A DNA stretch of 55,541 nt. It comes from Candidatus Eiseniibacteriota bacterium (GTDB taxonomy: Bacteria; Eisenbacteria; RBG-16-71-46). Both the position numbers and the translations under genes were made by a program. The DNA lies in the NCBI GenBank assembly GCA_031366795.1, contig JANLOX010000121.1:1-55541 (forward strand). The letters are read 5' to 3'. This document shows positions 9,001 through 14,549 of the stretch, in pieces. The notes under the pieces were generated by a model. That model worked only from the letters and a program-made list of their open reading frames with translations, did not search any database and had not been told where the DNA came from. Every line of letters begins with the position of its first letter. Positions within the stretch are counted from its first letter, which is position 1.

Positions 9001-11006
9001 TCGTTTCGCTGATCGGTGTGCCGGTTCCGGGCGCCCACTTCGTGAGCTGGACCGGTGATGCGAGCGGCCTCAAGGATGCCACCAGCGTGACGATGAATGC
9101 CCCGCGTGTCGTGACCGCGACGTTCGCCGGCGAGGCCTACACCTTGTCGACGCAGATCGTGGGCCTGGGCTCGATCGTGAAGACGCCCGACCAGGCGAGC
9201 TACGTCTATGGCGCGGCCGTCAAGCTCACGGCCGTGCCTGCGGATACCTCGCGTCACTTCCAGCGCTGGGGCGGCTTTGTCGATGGCACCCAGGACACGC
9301 AGACGGTGATCATCCGCAACAACTCGCTCGCCAAGGCGACGTTCGTCTCGAACCTCTATACCGTGACCGTGCTGACCGAGGGCACGGGCACCGTGACCCA
9401 GCTGCCGAGCAGCTCGCTGATCTACTACGGCGCGAACAAGTTAATCACCGGATCACCCGGCACGGGCTTTCAGCTCGAGGGCTGGCACGGCGACGTCGTC
9501 AGCATCTTCAACCCGATCGTGTTCCGTGCCGACAGCAACATGACCGTGACCTGCCGCTTCGTGGCAGCACCTGCGCCGGTCATGAACGTGACGATCGTGG
9601 GCAGTGGAACCGTGGCGCGCTCGCCGAACCTCGCCAGCTACCCGCCGTCCTCGAACTGCGTGTTGACCGCCACGCCGCTGGCGGGCTGGCACTTCCAGAA
9701 CTGGTCGGGGGATGGGCTCGTGTGGGCCGACAACCCGCTGTCGCTGTTCATGGATCGCGACAAGAACATCGTGGCGACCTTTTCGCCGGACGGCTATGAC
9801 CTGAGCACGCCGATCGTTGGATCGGGCGCGGTGATTCGCCTGCCCAACCAGGCTTCGTTCTCGCCGAACACGGCGGTACTGGTGACCGCGCAGGCCAACG
9901 CCGGATCGCACTTCGTCGCTTGGGCCGGCGACACCGCCGCGCCCGGCGGTGCCATGAACCTGACGATGAACCGCAACCGCAACGTCATGGCGCAGTTCGG
10001 GCACACGCTCTCGCAGGGCATCTCGCCGGTGGGGCAGTGGCAGGCCACGCCATCGGGCGGCCTGTACGTTCAGGGCGCGGTCGTGCAGTTGAAGGCGAAG
10101 CCGGTGCGTGGCTACCACTTCGACCACTGGGCCGGCGACACCACGGCAATCACCGCGACGCTGCCGGTGGTGATGTGGATGGACAAGACCATCGCCCCGA
10201 TTTACCTGCGGAACCACTACCAGGTATCGCTGCGCTCCGAGGGTTCGGGCTCGGTGTCGAAGGCGCCCGACTCGCTGTCGTACGCCTTCGGCACGCCGGT
10301 CACGCTGTATGCCACGCCGGTGGCCGGCTGGCACTTCACCAACTGGTCGGAAGAGCTGACGGATTTCGTCAACAGCACCGATGTCGACGCGTGCGATATC
10401 TGCCACGCCGCGACCTCGAACCCGGTGCACATCACCGTGAACGACAATCACCTGATTGTCGCCAATTTCGAGCTCGATCCCTTCCCCGTACTGTTGGTGT
10501 CGGATGGCGGTGGCACGGTGATTTCGACTTACACGCCGCAGCCCGGTCCCGACAGCACCATCACCGTCGAGGCCGTGGCGGCCGATGGCTTCGCGTTCGC
10601 AGCGTGGGAGGGCGACGCCAAGGACCAGCCGAACCCGCTGACCCTGAAGCTCTCGGGCCCCGCGACGTTCAAGGCGCGCTTCGCCGCGACCACCGCTGCC
10701 GCGGTCGAGCCGCCGGCCGCGCGCACGCTCGCGGTACTGGCACTCGCACCGGTTTCGCCGAACCCCGCGCAAGGCAGGACACGCTTCAGCTTCTCGCTAC
10801 CGCGCGCGTGCAAGGTGCGGATGGACGTGCTCGACGTGCAGGGCCGCGAGACCGAGCTGCTGGTCGAGGGCGAGATGGCGGCAGGGCAGCACCAGGTCGA
10901 GTGGTCGGGTGGATCAGGCAGGAGTGCACCGCCTGTGGGGATCTTCTTCGTGAGGCTCAAGACCGCCGACGGTGTGCTGACGCGGCGGTTTGTGATGACG
11001 CGGTAG
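1..11006 (+). CDS. Giant secreted/surface protein (adhesin-like), 5'-partial: beta-strand-rich N-terminal region, NIDO-like domain, two parallel beta-helix domains, CARDB-like Ig domain, 24 InlB B-repeat-like Ig domains, C-terminal FlgD/T9SS-like sorting domain
   Basis: ORF 9..11006 (3665 aa). The frame is open to the window edge and has no signal peptide, so the true start is upstream. T/S/A/G/N-rich. C-terminus SPNPAQGRTRFSFSLPR...DVQGR...GIFFVRLK...RRFVMTR. Confidence 0.9.
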   Translation, partial: PAVSGPTNVTVPTAGLTMNAGATRTIAGMLNASGPIVGANLLTLPGTFQLNTGASVAAAPIYSGTATLLYNAAFTVGPEWGAGSAVGSGVPSHVTVVAGAGTLTMPNTDRTVPGNLTITSGTMLMNAGAGNLALGGNWADTGTFTSNGRTVTFTGAATQSLSRTGGETFTTLVLNKSGGSLVLGSAVTCTPAGSAQSLTFNGTVDVLNLSGQTLTLNGPVGGTDAASTLTGSATSNLAINSTLGGSFGTLRFTAAAQSLGAFTVNLSGASPVLALATPLTVNGAFTLTSGVVSPGANVVSVAPTGSIARTSGWVSGTLLQRAATGAPALSYPIGTATAYTPVSLAFASVTVAGDVSATTTTGDHPNIATSGLNAAKSVNRYWTLANSGATFTTVNATFNFVAGDLDAGVLTDSVEVREFAASAWSAPAMGARTATSTVATGITTLGAFAIAEPTSWTITASSGANGAISPTGVVTLRDGGSVTFTALPNVGYNINNYVVDSVTQGAAATYTFTNVTANHTIVVNYIVKTFTLTLLSNGNGTVTPDHAGPYPYHSIVVITATPALGNTFTGFTQDVSYPTTPCGFPVDSNMSVVANFQRSPMQYTRSSLPGSFTAISTASGAVKLFAAADDSTQTVPLPFPFTFSGLTFTASNFLAINANGFAYFSRDPLTASNPSMATNSNLFNASAPNTMLAPWYDDLNVAAVGTNPAGSVLVQTQGSAGTRTMTVQWTNVSSNNTTTGGQPRRINFQLVLFEASQAIEFRYGTVAGATYSNLESASLGIEDSIGGNGYYIDGATGSRYTNNGMLTTNRWPSRNIRFTPGNPSPLTAGTYTVGSGQTYVSLTDAVADLNQRGVAGPVTFQLTDAAYDTSGAGGSNFFPVLIGPVAGTSPSNTVLIQGSGSTTISSRGTEAGNCGTQSLATAISSTNEPVVSLVGCDYVTLKNVALSGGVTLDRGVLVLPSSLTDGSQNNTLHTVSITLKRTNTGSIGLQSAVPSAPGSLAGTNSYNHYYNMNIQNCYAGMSLTGNSNLFDDGNVVSVADGGTTTIGGGAAGDIGNGTPSTFGIRAANQSNATISFCSVRNMLGTSVGSVDGIALDNLPASNLTSGLCTIAYNSVYGLTSTATNAGRVTGIRVNLTTEPASVSRIFNNFVYNLNSASTVTATRRLVGIMVQDGGTGTGATHNVDFNTVRLQPSAVTFSNSCYEVSSVGPVVNTRDNIFANFTGTQSVSAKHYTWVSPASGQLGAAGSVSDYNLLYLANSANGFTGLSGGDRALLSDWQAITANDAHSQNGDPQFVAPTDPHINASLPTPVAQAGSYLAGAINWVPNDIDFQNRDGLNPDIGADEGVFQALTANDISASSFVDPVDGATKNVNVAFSPQVQYSNTGTSPQTSIPVRYQIRGPLPATTLVYDQGTTIGSLIVGATQTLTFPAVTLVAAGNYEIRASASLVGDQNSLNDVKTGTLDLSGPLNGTYSVGAGQPYPFNTLTNAITRIGAVGLTGQVVYQLVSSTYSAGEVFPINLNTIPNASAVNTFTLRPAPGGTATVSGSSIRALLVLNGADYVTIDGSSSVGGTTRDLTFLNTSATSSSAVVWGQTNGADPATNNTIKNVILSGIDRLTTLFGVGFGGSTIALKSSGTANINNKVLNCDIRRVQYGVYSSGASAANKNTGTIIRGNVIGSNPSDAPGQGGVYVRFEDGISIDHNKLGSMTTPSSLPVFGISLGLSAVSSATWSEDEVTNATVSHNTIIGVAQTSALGLGAGGIIVAEALSGITTIYNNMIAGVVSPANDPDITVGILVGGGAGSTSRVYFNSVSMTGARGAAAAGSFCLAIGGANPVVDARNNAFFTNQSSTGPGDAYLIGLNYLSPYTKLTSDYNDGFFLSGSQYAVTGGFGNSPDGDLSALANWRTATSKDAHTLAVDPQFVTLTGNLHVSSVSSPIVRAGVPIAGITDDIDGDAGLRTSQPVIGCDEFVTYSITTSFTGSGSVAKSPDLPGYVSGSLIQMQAFPSGHYHFLGWGGDLAGLANPQNITMNANKNISATFALDSFTVALTAQPGGAAAIAPAQAPYPYGTPVSLTATPVAGYHFTRWTGDTATTLNPYPFILTGNRSEEAGFAINTYTMTTSGVSNGSVTRTPSLATYDHGTTVTLTAVPAAGYRFAGWTGDTTGTPNPLAVVMTRNRAIQGTFILETYTLAVTVVGPGSVSKAPDLALYDAFTTATLTATPAEGYHLVGWSGDTTATTNPLPLPMTGNRAVTATFAINQYAVSLTTLGGGSAAMAPVLALYDHGTPLTLTATPDAGQSFTGWTGDTTAAANPLSMTVTRPLALVASFTAAVNVAVVGSGSVAKSPDLVAYTLGSLVQLTATPITGWHFVAWSGDTAAAANPLTLSLPTSRNLTATFAINTYTLTQVVVGSGSAAAAPQQATYDHGTLVQLTATPDAGNAFVGWSGDASGSSSPFPLTMDGNKTVTATFTYTLAITAAGLGSVDIAPNQANYAPGTAVTLTAQPQAHVHFVGWSGDTTASSASLPLVITRNRALTATFVVDTQTLSAVRVGSGSIAKSPDQASYDYGTPVTLTATPGTGYHFVGWSGDTATTDNPISIAVTGNRNVTGTFAINSYVLNVAAGTGGSAVNSPIQATYDHGTQVTLTATPSVGYLFGSWAGDTASSDNPFVFRMVGDRTLSAQFVPKQYPLTNNPVGNGAVIRSPDLPTYAYGSAVTLTAVPSPGWHFTAWSGDTATSTNPLNFVMTGARVINPVFDFDTYALTVNITGSGSVARSPDQPLYPFNTTVDLTAVPAPGFKLNTWGGAASGSAPTVSVIMSTPKTVTALFDTANYTLSATATGPGSVGVSLVKATYRYPDLVTLTATPSAHAHFVGWTGDTSASGNPLAITMAANRTLVAVFALDQFTVTSAVSGNGAVIRNPDLTVYDYGAPLVLSASANALWHFTRWTGDTTTTSNPLNLIVTRNRSVTAVFDLTFYPLTVNIVGPGVVLKDPDQTTYLEGTVVSLIGVPVPGAHFVSWTGDASGLKDATSVTMNAPRVVTATFAGEAYTLSTQIVGLGSIVKTPDQASYVYGAAVKLTAVPADTSRHFQRWGGFVDGTQDTQTVIIRNNSLAKATFVSNLYTVTVLTEGTGTVTQLPSSSLIYYGANKLITGSPGTGFQLEGWHGDVVSIFNPIVFRADSNMTVTCRFVAAPAPVMNVTIVGSGTVARSPNLASYPPSSNCVLTATPLAGWHFQNWSGDGLVWADNPLSLFMDRDKNIVATFSPDGYDLSTPIVGSGAVIRLPNQASFSPNTAVLVTAQANAGSHFVAWAGDTAAPGGAMNLTMNRNRNVMAQFGHTLSQGISPVGQWQATPSGGLYVQGAVVQLKAKPVRGYHFDHWAGDTTAITATLPVVMWMDKTIAPIYLRNHYQVSLRSEGSGSVSKAPDSLSYAFGTPVTLYATPVAGWHFTNWSEELTDFVNSTDVDACDICHAATSNPVHITVNDNHLIVANFELDPFPVLLVSDGGGTVISTYTPQPGPDSTITVEAVAADGFAFAAWEGDAKDQPNPLTLKLSGPATFKARFAATTAAAVEPPAARTLAVLALAPVSPNPAQGRTRFSFSLPRACKVRMDVLDVQGRETELLVEGEMAAGQHQVEWSGGSGRSAPPVGIFFVRLKTADGVLTRRFVMTR
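5916..10682 (+). repeat. 22 tandem ~70-aa divergent InlB B-repeat-like (Flg_new_2-type) domains
   Basis: Recurring consensus Y-x-L-T/V...G-x-G-S-V-x-x-S-P-D...Y-x-x-G-T-x-V-T-L-T-A-T-P-x-x-G-Y/W-H-F-x-G-W-S-G-D...N-P-L...N-R-x-V-T-A-T-F, counted by eye. Two further copies lie at ~1368-1800. Confidence 0.85.
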
Positions 11007-11094
11007 GCGCTTGCCGGCGTTGCCGGCATGAACTCGAGCCAGGCATTGAGCCATTGTGACTCGCCTCTGAGTGCGTGGCAGCTTGGGCCTCAAG

Positions 11095-11478
11095 ATGCCT
11101 CCTAGCCCCGCACAGGAATTACTCGTCGATCGAGTCGAGCCTGTCGTGGGATCGCCTGAAGCACTACTTCGTCTTAAACGCCGGCATGACGACGATTGGG
11201 GCATCGCTGCTGAAGGTAGGGAGCGGCAGATTGGATTCCCTGCTCATGGACCTGGTCGCGTCCGCTGTGTTCTGGGTGGGATTGTTCGCGGCGGCGCTCG
11301 GCATCGTGTCGATCTTCCGCAGCCGTGAATACGATCGGGTTACGCTATTCAAGAAGGCGCAGCTGGAGCGGTTCTGGGCTACGACCAGCCGATTCAGCCC
11401 GACGGTGGAGTGCACGCCTCGTTGGCGATCGGCACCACTCGTGGCATGCGAAAGACGAGCGAGCCTGCCCTCGGATAG
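11095..11478 (+). pseudogene. Probable decayed small membrane-protein gene (apparent frameshifts)
   Basis: Protein-like text switches frame: MPPSPAQELLVDR (from ATG 11095), then SLSWDRLKHYFVLNAGMTTIGASLL...VFWVGLFAAALGIVSIFRSREY..TLFKKAQLER (frame of ORF 11075), then VLGYDQPIQPDGGVHASLAIGTTRGMRK (back to the first frame, stop 11476-11478). Codon usage is less GC3-biased than neighbours. Confidence 0.35.
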
Positions 11479-11612
11479 CATGCTCGTGGACTACTTCCCC
11501 GGTGGCCAGTAGCGCTCTGCCCCGAGCTGCCCGGGCGCCACGTCTTAGCCACGGGGGCCCCCCACTGGTCTTCAGATTCGGGGCCGCCCGGCTCTGGTGT
11601 GAGCCCGCAGGC

Positions 11613-11641
11613 TTGCTTCCGCTAGGCCCCCCTTCTAGATT
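11613..11641 (+). promoter_or_regulatory. sigma70-type promoter of tRNA-Lys
   Basis: TTGCTT-N17-TAGATT followed by a GC-rich discriminator, ~22 nt upstream of the tRNA. Confidence 0.6.
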
Positions 11642-11663
11642 ACGGCCCCGGCATCACTCACGG

Positions 11664-11739
11664 GACCCGTTAGCTCAGTCGGTAGAGCACCTGACTTTTA
11701 ATCAGGGTGTCGCTGGTTCGATCCCAGCACGGGTCACCA
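11664..11739 (+). tRNA. tRNA-Lys (anticodon TTT)
   Basis: 76-nt cloverleaf: acceptor GACCCGT/ACGGGTC, D arm GCTC..GAGC, anticodon arm CCTGA-CTTTTAA-TCAGG, T arm GCTGG-TTCGATC-CCAGC, encoded CCA end. Confidence 0.98.
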
Positions 11740-11939
11740 ACTCTTTGGCCTGCTTACAGATAAAAGGCCTTGCATCGTCGTCCCGGGCGCGTCAACTTAA
11801 TGTAAATCGATCCTCGGGTGTCTGCATCTACACCAGTGTCCGGACGAGCCTGTCCGGTCTGGCAGTTCGGGGCAGCGAGTCCCGGCGCGGCAGACTCGAC
11901 CCCTAAACCCTAACCTGGCCCGACCGCGGAGTGAGGGAA

Positions 11940-12179
11940 GTGGATTGTAACGAGGTGTTGGAGCAGCTCGCGGAGTACCTCGACGACGACGCTCGCGAGG
12001 AGCTTTGCCAGGCCATCAACGCGCATCTGACCCGATGCCGCGATTGCCGGCTCGAAGTCGACACCGTCAAGAAGACGATCGTCCTCTATCAGGTCGACCG
12101 GGAAGTGCCGTTGCCGGCGTCCGTGTTTTCCGGGCTCGAGGCGGCGATGTCGAAGGAGTACCGCAAGTCGGAGTCTTGA
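11940..12179 (+). CDS. Zinc-finger anti-sigma factor-like protein (zf-HC2/ZAS)
   Basis: MDCNEVLEQLAEYLDD...HLTRCRDC carries the C...HxxxCxxC ZAS motif. GTG 11940 is preceded by GAGGGAA (alternative start 11931). Confidence 0.85.
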   Translation: MDCNEVLEQLAEYLDDDAREELCQAINAHLTRCRDCRLEVDTVKKTIVLYQVDREVPLPASVFSGLEAAMSKEYRKSES

Positions 12180-12445
12180 TCGGGGCGTTGGCCGCCCTGT
12201 TCTCCAGGATTGTCCCGCCAGCGCCGTGCCCGCCGGAATTCAATTCCTGCGGGCTTTTCCATGCCCTGCATTCGGCTGGCGGGCGCCCGCCCCTGATTGC
12301 AGTCGCGCCATGCGCTGGCTACGGTGTACAAACTACACTCGCTTCCGCCACGCACACCGGTGCGCGGCGCCTGAGCCGTTTGCCGCTCGAGCGCCGCGAG
12401 CCCTTGCCCTGATGGAGACCGCATGGAATCCCGGTTCAATCGCAC

Positions 12446-13078
12446 ATGAGCCCCTTCGTCCATCGCATGAGCGCCGCCTCCGGGCCGCGCACCTGCCGCG
12501 CGCATGATGCGCTGGCCATCGCATTCGTCATCCTGTCGGCCGTCACAGCCCTCGCCACGCCCGCCGCTGCGCGAATCAACGTCGCCGATATCCGCGGCTT
12601 GATCAGCGTCGGCTACACCAAGCTATCCTCCGACGTTTCGCCGGCCGGCTCGATGTCCGCCTCGGTGGGGTTACGCGTGCCCGTGACGCCCACGTTCTCG
12701 GTGGGACCGGCGATCGCGTTCCACCTGCTCGGCAGCGAAACCGTCGAGCGCGGCAGCCTGCTCGCGAGTGTCGACTACAGCGCCTTCGAAGTGGGCCTGC
12801 TCGGACACTGGAAGCCGCAGGGGTGGGGGCCGATCGCCCTGATCTCCGCGGGCCCGGAGCTCGTCACCGCGCGCGCCGATCTCTCGACCACCGGTGGCGG
12901 CGCGGCGTTCAGCGACCTCGCCATCCAGGAAACCGCGGGTGCCGCCGCACTTAGCGTCACGCTGATGAAGTCGCACGAATCGCCGGTGCGGGTGGGGTTG
13001 GAGTTGGCCGGGCGCTGGGCGTTCATGAAGCAGGACGATTGGAAGTTGCTGAGCACACGGCTCTGCTTCCACTTCTAG
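12446..13078 (+). CDS. Putative small outer-membrane beta-barrel protein
   Basis: Signal-peptide-like AIAFVILSAVTALATPAAA, alternating amphipathic strands, C-terminal LSTRLCFHF (terminal Phe, BAM-type). Start uncertain (12446 or 12467). Confidence 0.6.
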   Translation: MSPFVHRMSAASGPRTCRAHDALAIAFVILSAVTALATPAAARINVADIRGLISVGYTKLSSDVSPAGSMSASVGLRVPVTPTFSVGPAIAFHLLGSETVERGSLLASVDYSAFEVGLLGHWKPQGWGPIALISAGPELVTARADLSTTGGGAAFSDLAIQETAGAAALSVTLMKSHESPVRVGLELAGRWAFMKQDDWKLLSTRLCFHF

Positions 13079-13099
13079 TTTCTCCGCGAAGCCCCGCTT

Positions 13100-13128
13100 T
13101 TGACAGCCGCGGGGACCGCTCCTATCCT
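13100..13128 (+). promoter_or_regulatory. sigma70 promoter of the rib operon
   Basis: TTGACA-N17-TATCCT immediately upstream of the FMN riboswitch. Confidence 0.8.
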
Positions 13129-13142
13129 CAGGGCAAGTTGTA

Positions 13143-13295
13143 ACTCCTTCGGGGCGGGGCGCGATTCCCCACCGGCGGTAAAGCCCGCGAGCGGCCAGCG
13201 ACCCCACTCCCAATGTCACTTGGGAGTAGGCGAGCCGGTTCGCAGATCCGGTGAGACTCCGGAGCCGACCGTACAGTCGGGATGAAAGAAGGAGT
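13143..13295 (+). promoter_or_regulatory. FMN riboswitch (RFN element)
   Basis: Hallmark segments CTTCGGGGCGGGGCGCGATTCCCCACCGGCGGTAAAGCCCGCGA...AGATCCGGTGAGACTCCGGAGCCGACCGTACAGTCGGGATGAAAGAAG. P1 is ACTCCTTC/GAAGGAGT. Lies upstream of ribD. Confidence 0.96.
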
Positions 13296-13337
13296 GGTCG
13301 GCGCGTGCGTTTTTGGCATGCGCTCTTCTGACTGCTT

Positions 13338-13392
13338 ATCGCCCCGTGGCTTCCTCTCGACCTTAAAGAGGCCACGGGGCGATTCGCGTTTT
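13338..13392 (+). terminator. Riboswitch expression-platform hairpin (possible attenuator)
   Basis: 13-bp perfect stem ATCGCCCCGTGGC/GCCACGGGGCGAT followed by TCGCGTTTT (weak U-tract), just before the ribD RBS. Confidence 0.45.
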
Positions 13393-13403
13393 GGACGGAG
13401 TGA

Positions 13404-14549
13404 ATGGCGCCACAGTCTCGCGAAATCGATGAGCGCTTCATGCGCCGCGCGCTGCAGTTGGCCGAGCGCGGGCGCGGACGCACCTGGCCGAACCCGGCCG
13501 TGGGGGCGGTGCTGGTGCGCGGCGGCAAGATCGTCGGCGAGGGCTGGCATTGCGCCGTGGGCCTTCCACATGCCGAAGCGATCGCGCTTGAGCGCGCGGG
13601 TAACAAGGCGCGCGGCGCCACGCTCTACGTGACGCTCGAGCCGTGCGCGCATGCGGGACGTACGCCGCCGTGCGCGAGCGCGATCATCGCGGCGGGTGTC
13701 GCGCGCTGCGTCGTGGCGGTGCGTGATCCGCACGCCATCGTTGATGGCCGCGGGCTCGCGGCGCTGCGCCGCGCGGGGCTGGCGGTCGAAGTGGGCGTGT
13801 GCGCGGACGAGGCGTGCGAAGTGCTGGGTGGCTACTGGCTGCGGCACGCCGAGGAGCGACCGCGCGTGACCTGGAAGGTGGCCGCCACGCTCGATGGCCG
13901 GATCGCCGACGCCAAGGGCAACGCGCGCTGGATCACGGGGCCTGAGGCGCGCGCGCGCGGCCATGCGCTTCGCGTCGCGAGCCAGGCGATCATCATCGGC
14001 GCGGGGACTGCGCGCAGTGACGATCCGCGGCTGACGGCGCGGCATGCAGCGGCGCTGAGCGCGGCGAACGGGCGTGGCCCGAAGCACGCCGGCGAACTCC
14101 GCCAGCCGCTACGTGTGGTGTGCGACACGCGGCTGCGGCTGCCGCTCACGCTCAAGTTGTTTACGCCGCCGCTCGCCAGGGGCACGGTCGTGGCGTGCGG
14201 TCCACTGGCGACGAAGGCGCGCGAGGCCGCGCTGATCGCGCGCGGCGTTGGCGTGTGGCGATTGCCGCTCGTGGGCGGCGGTGTCTCGCCGCGGGCGCTG
14301 GCGCGGCGGCTGGCGCGCGAGGAGTGCCAGGAGGTGTTGCTCGAAGGCGGGGCGGCGCTCGGCACGGCGTGGCTCAAGGCGTCGCAAGTGGATCGCATCA
14401 TGATGTTCTTAGCACCCAAGTTGCTCGGCGGCGGGCTCGCGTGGTGCGGCCCGTTCGGGCGCGGCCGGTTGGCGAAGGCAATCGAAGGCCGCATCGAGTC
14501 GTGCGAGACGCTCGGCGCCGACGTACTGATCACAGTGGGGTTGCGCTGA
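13404..14549 (+). CDS. ribD: Bifunctional diaminohydroxyphosphoribosylaminopyrimidine deaminase/reductase
   Basis: PNPAVGAV, HAE, TLEPCAH..RTPPC, WITGPEAR, LLEGG motifs. Confidence 0.97.
   Translation: MAPQSREIDERFMRRALQLAERGRGRTWPNPAVGAVLVRGGKIVGEGWHCAVGLPHAEAIALERAGNKARGATLYVTLEPCAHAGRTPPCASAIIAAGVARCVVAVRDPHAIVDGRGLAALRRAGLAVEVGVCADEACEVLGGYWLRHAEERPRVTWKVAATLDGRIADAKGNARWITGPEARARGHALRVASQAIIIGAGTARSDDPRLTARHAAALSAANGRGPKHAGELRQPLRVVCDTRLRLPLTLKLFTPPLARGTVVACGPLATKAREAALIARGVGVWRLPLVGGGVSPRALARRLAREECQEVLLEGGAALGTAWLKASQVDRIMMFLAPKLLGGGLAWCGPFGRGRLAKAIEGRIESCETLGADVLITVGLR

Noticed and set aside
5916..10682. ~216-nt periodic DNA similarity as a possible array or recombination cassette
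   Set aside because: The units are highly diverged at DNA level and in frame within one CDS; they are ordinary protein domain repeats.
11012..11028. Hairpin TGCCGGC-GTT-GCCGGCA after the giant gene as a terminator
   Set aside because: Short stem and no U-tract; insufficient support.
11664..11800. tRNA-Lys as an integration site of a mobile element
   Set aside because: No integrase, transposase or phage gene was seen, and no duplicated tRNA 3' end was noticed in the window.
11901..11916. CCCTAAACCCTAACCT telomere-like repeat
   Set aside because: Only about two units; most likely chance or an unstructured linker before the RBS.
14120..14548. Long N-terminal extensions in the ORF track for ribE and likewise ribBA, several GTs, asnB, rsmH and murE
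   Set aside because: Family start motifs (MFTG, MCGIAG) and stop/start overlaps place the true starts downstream; the extensions overlap upstream genes.
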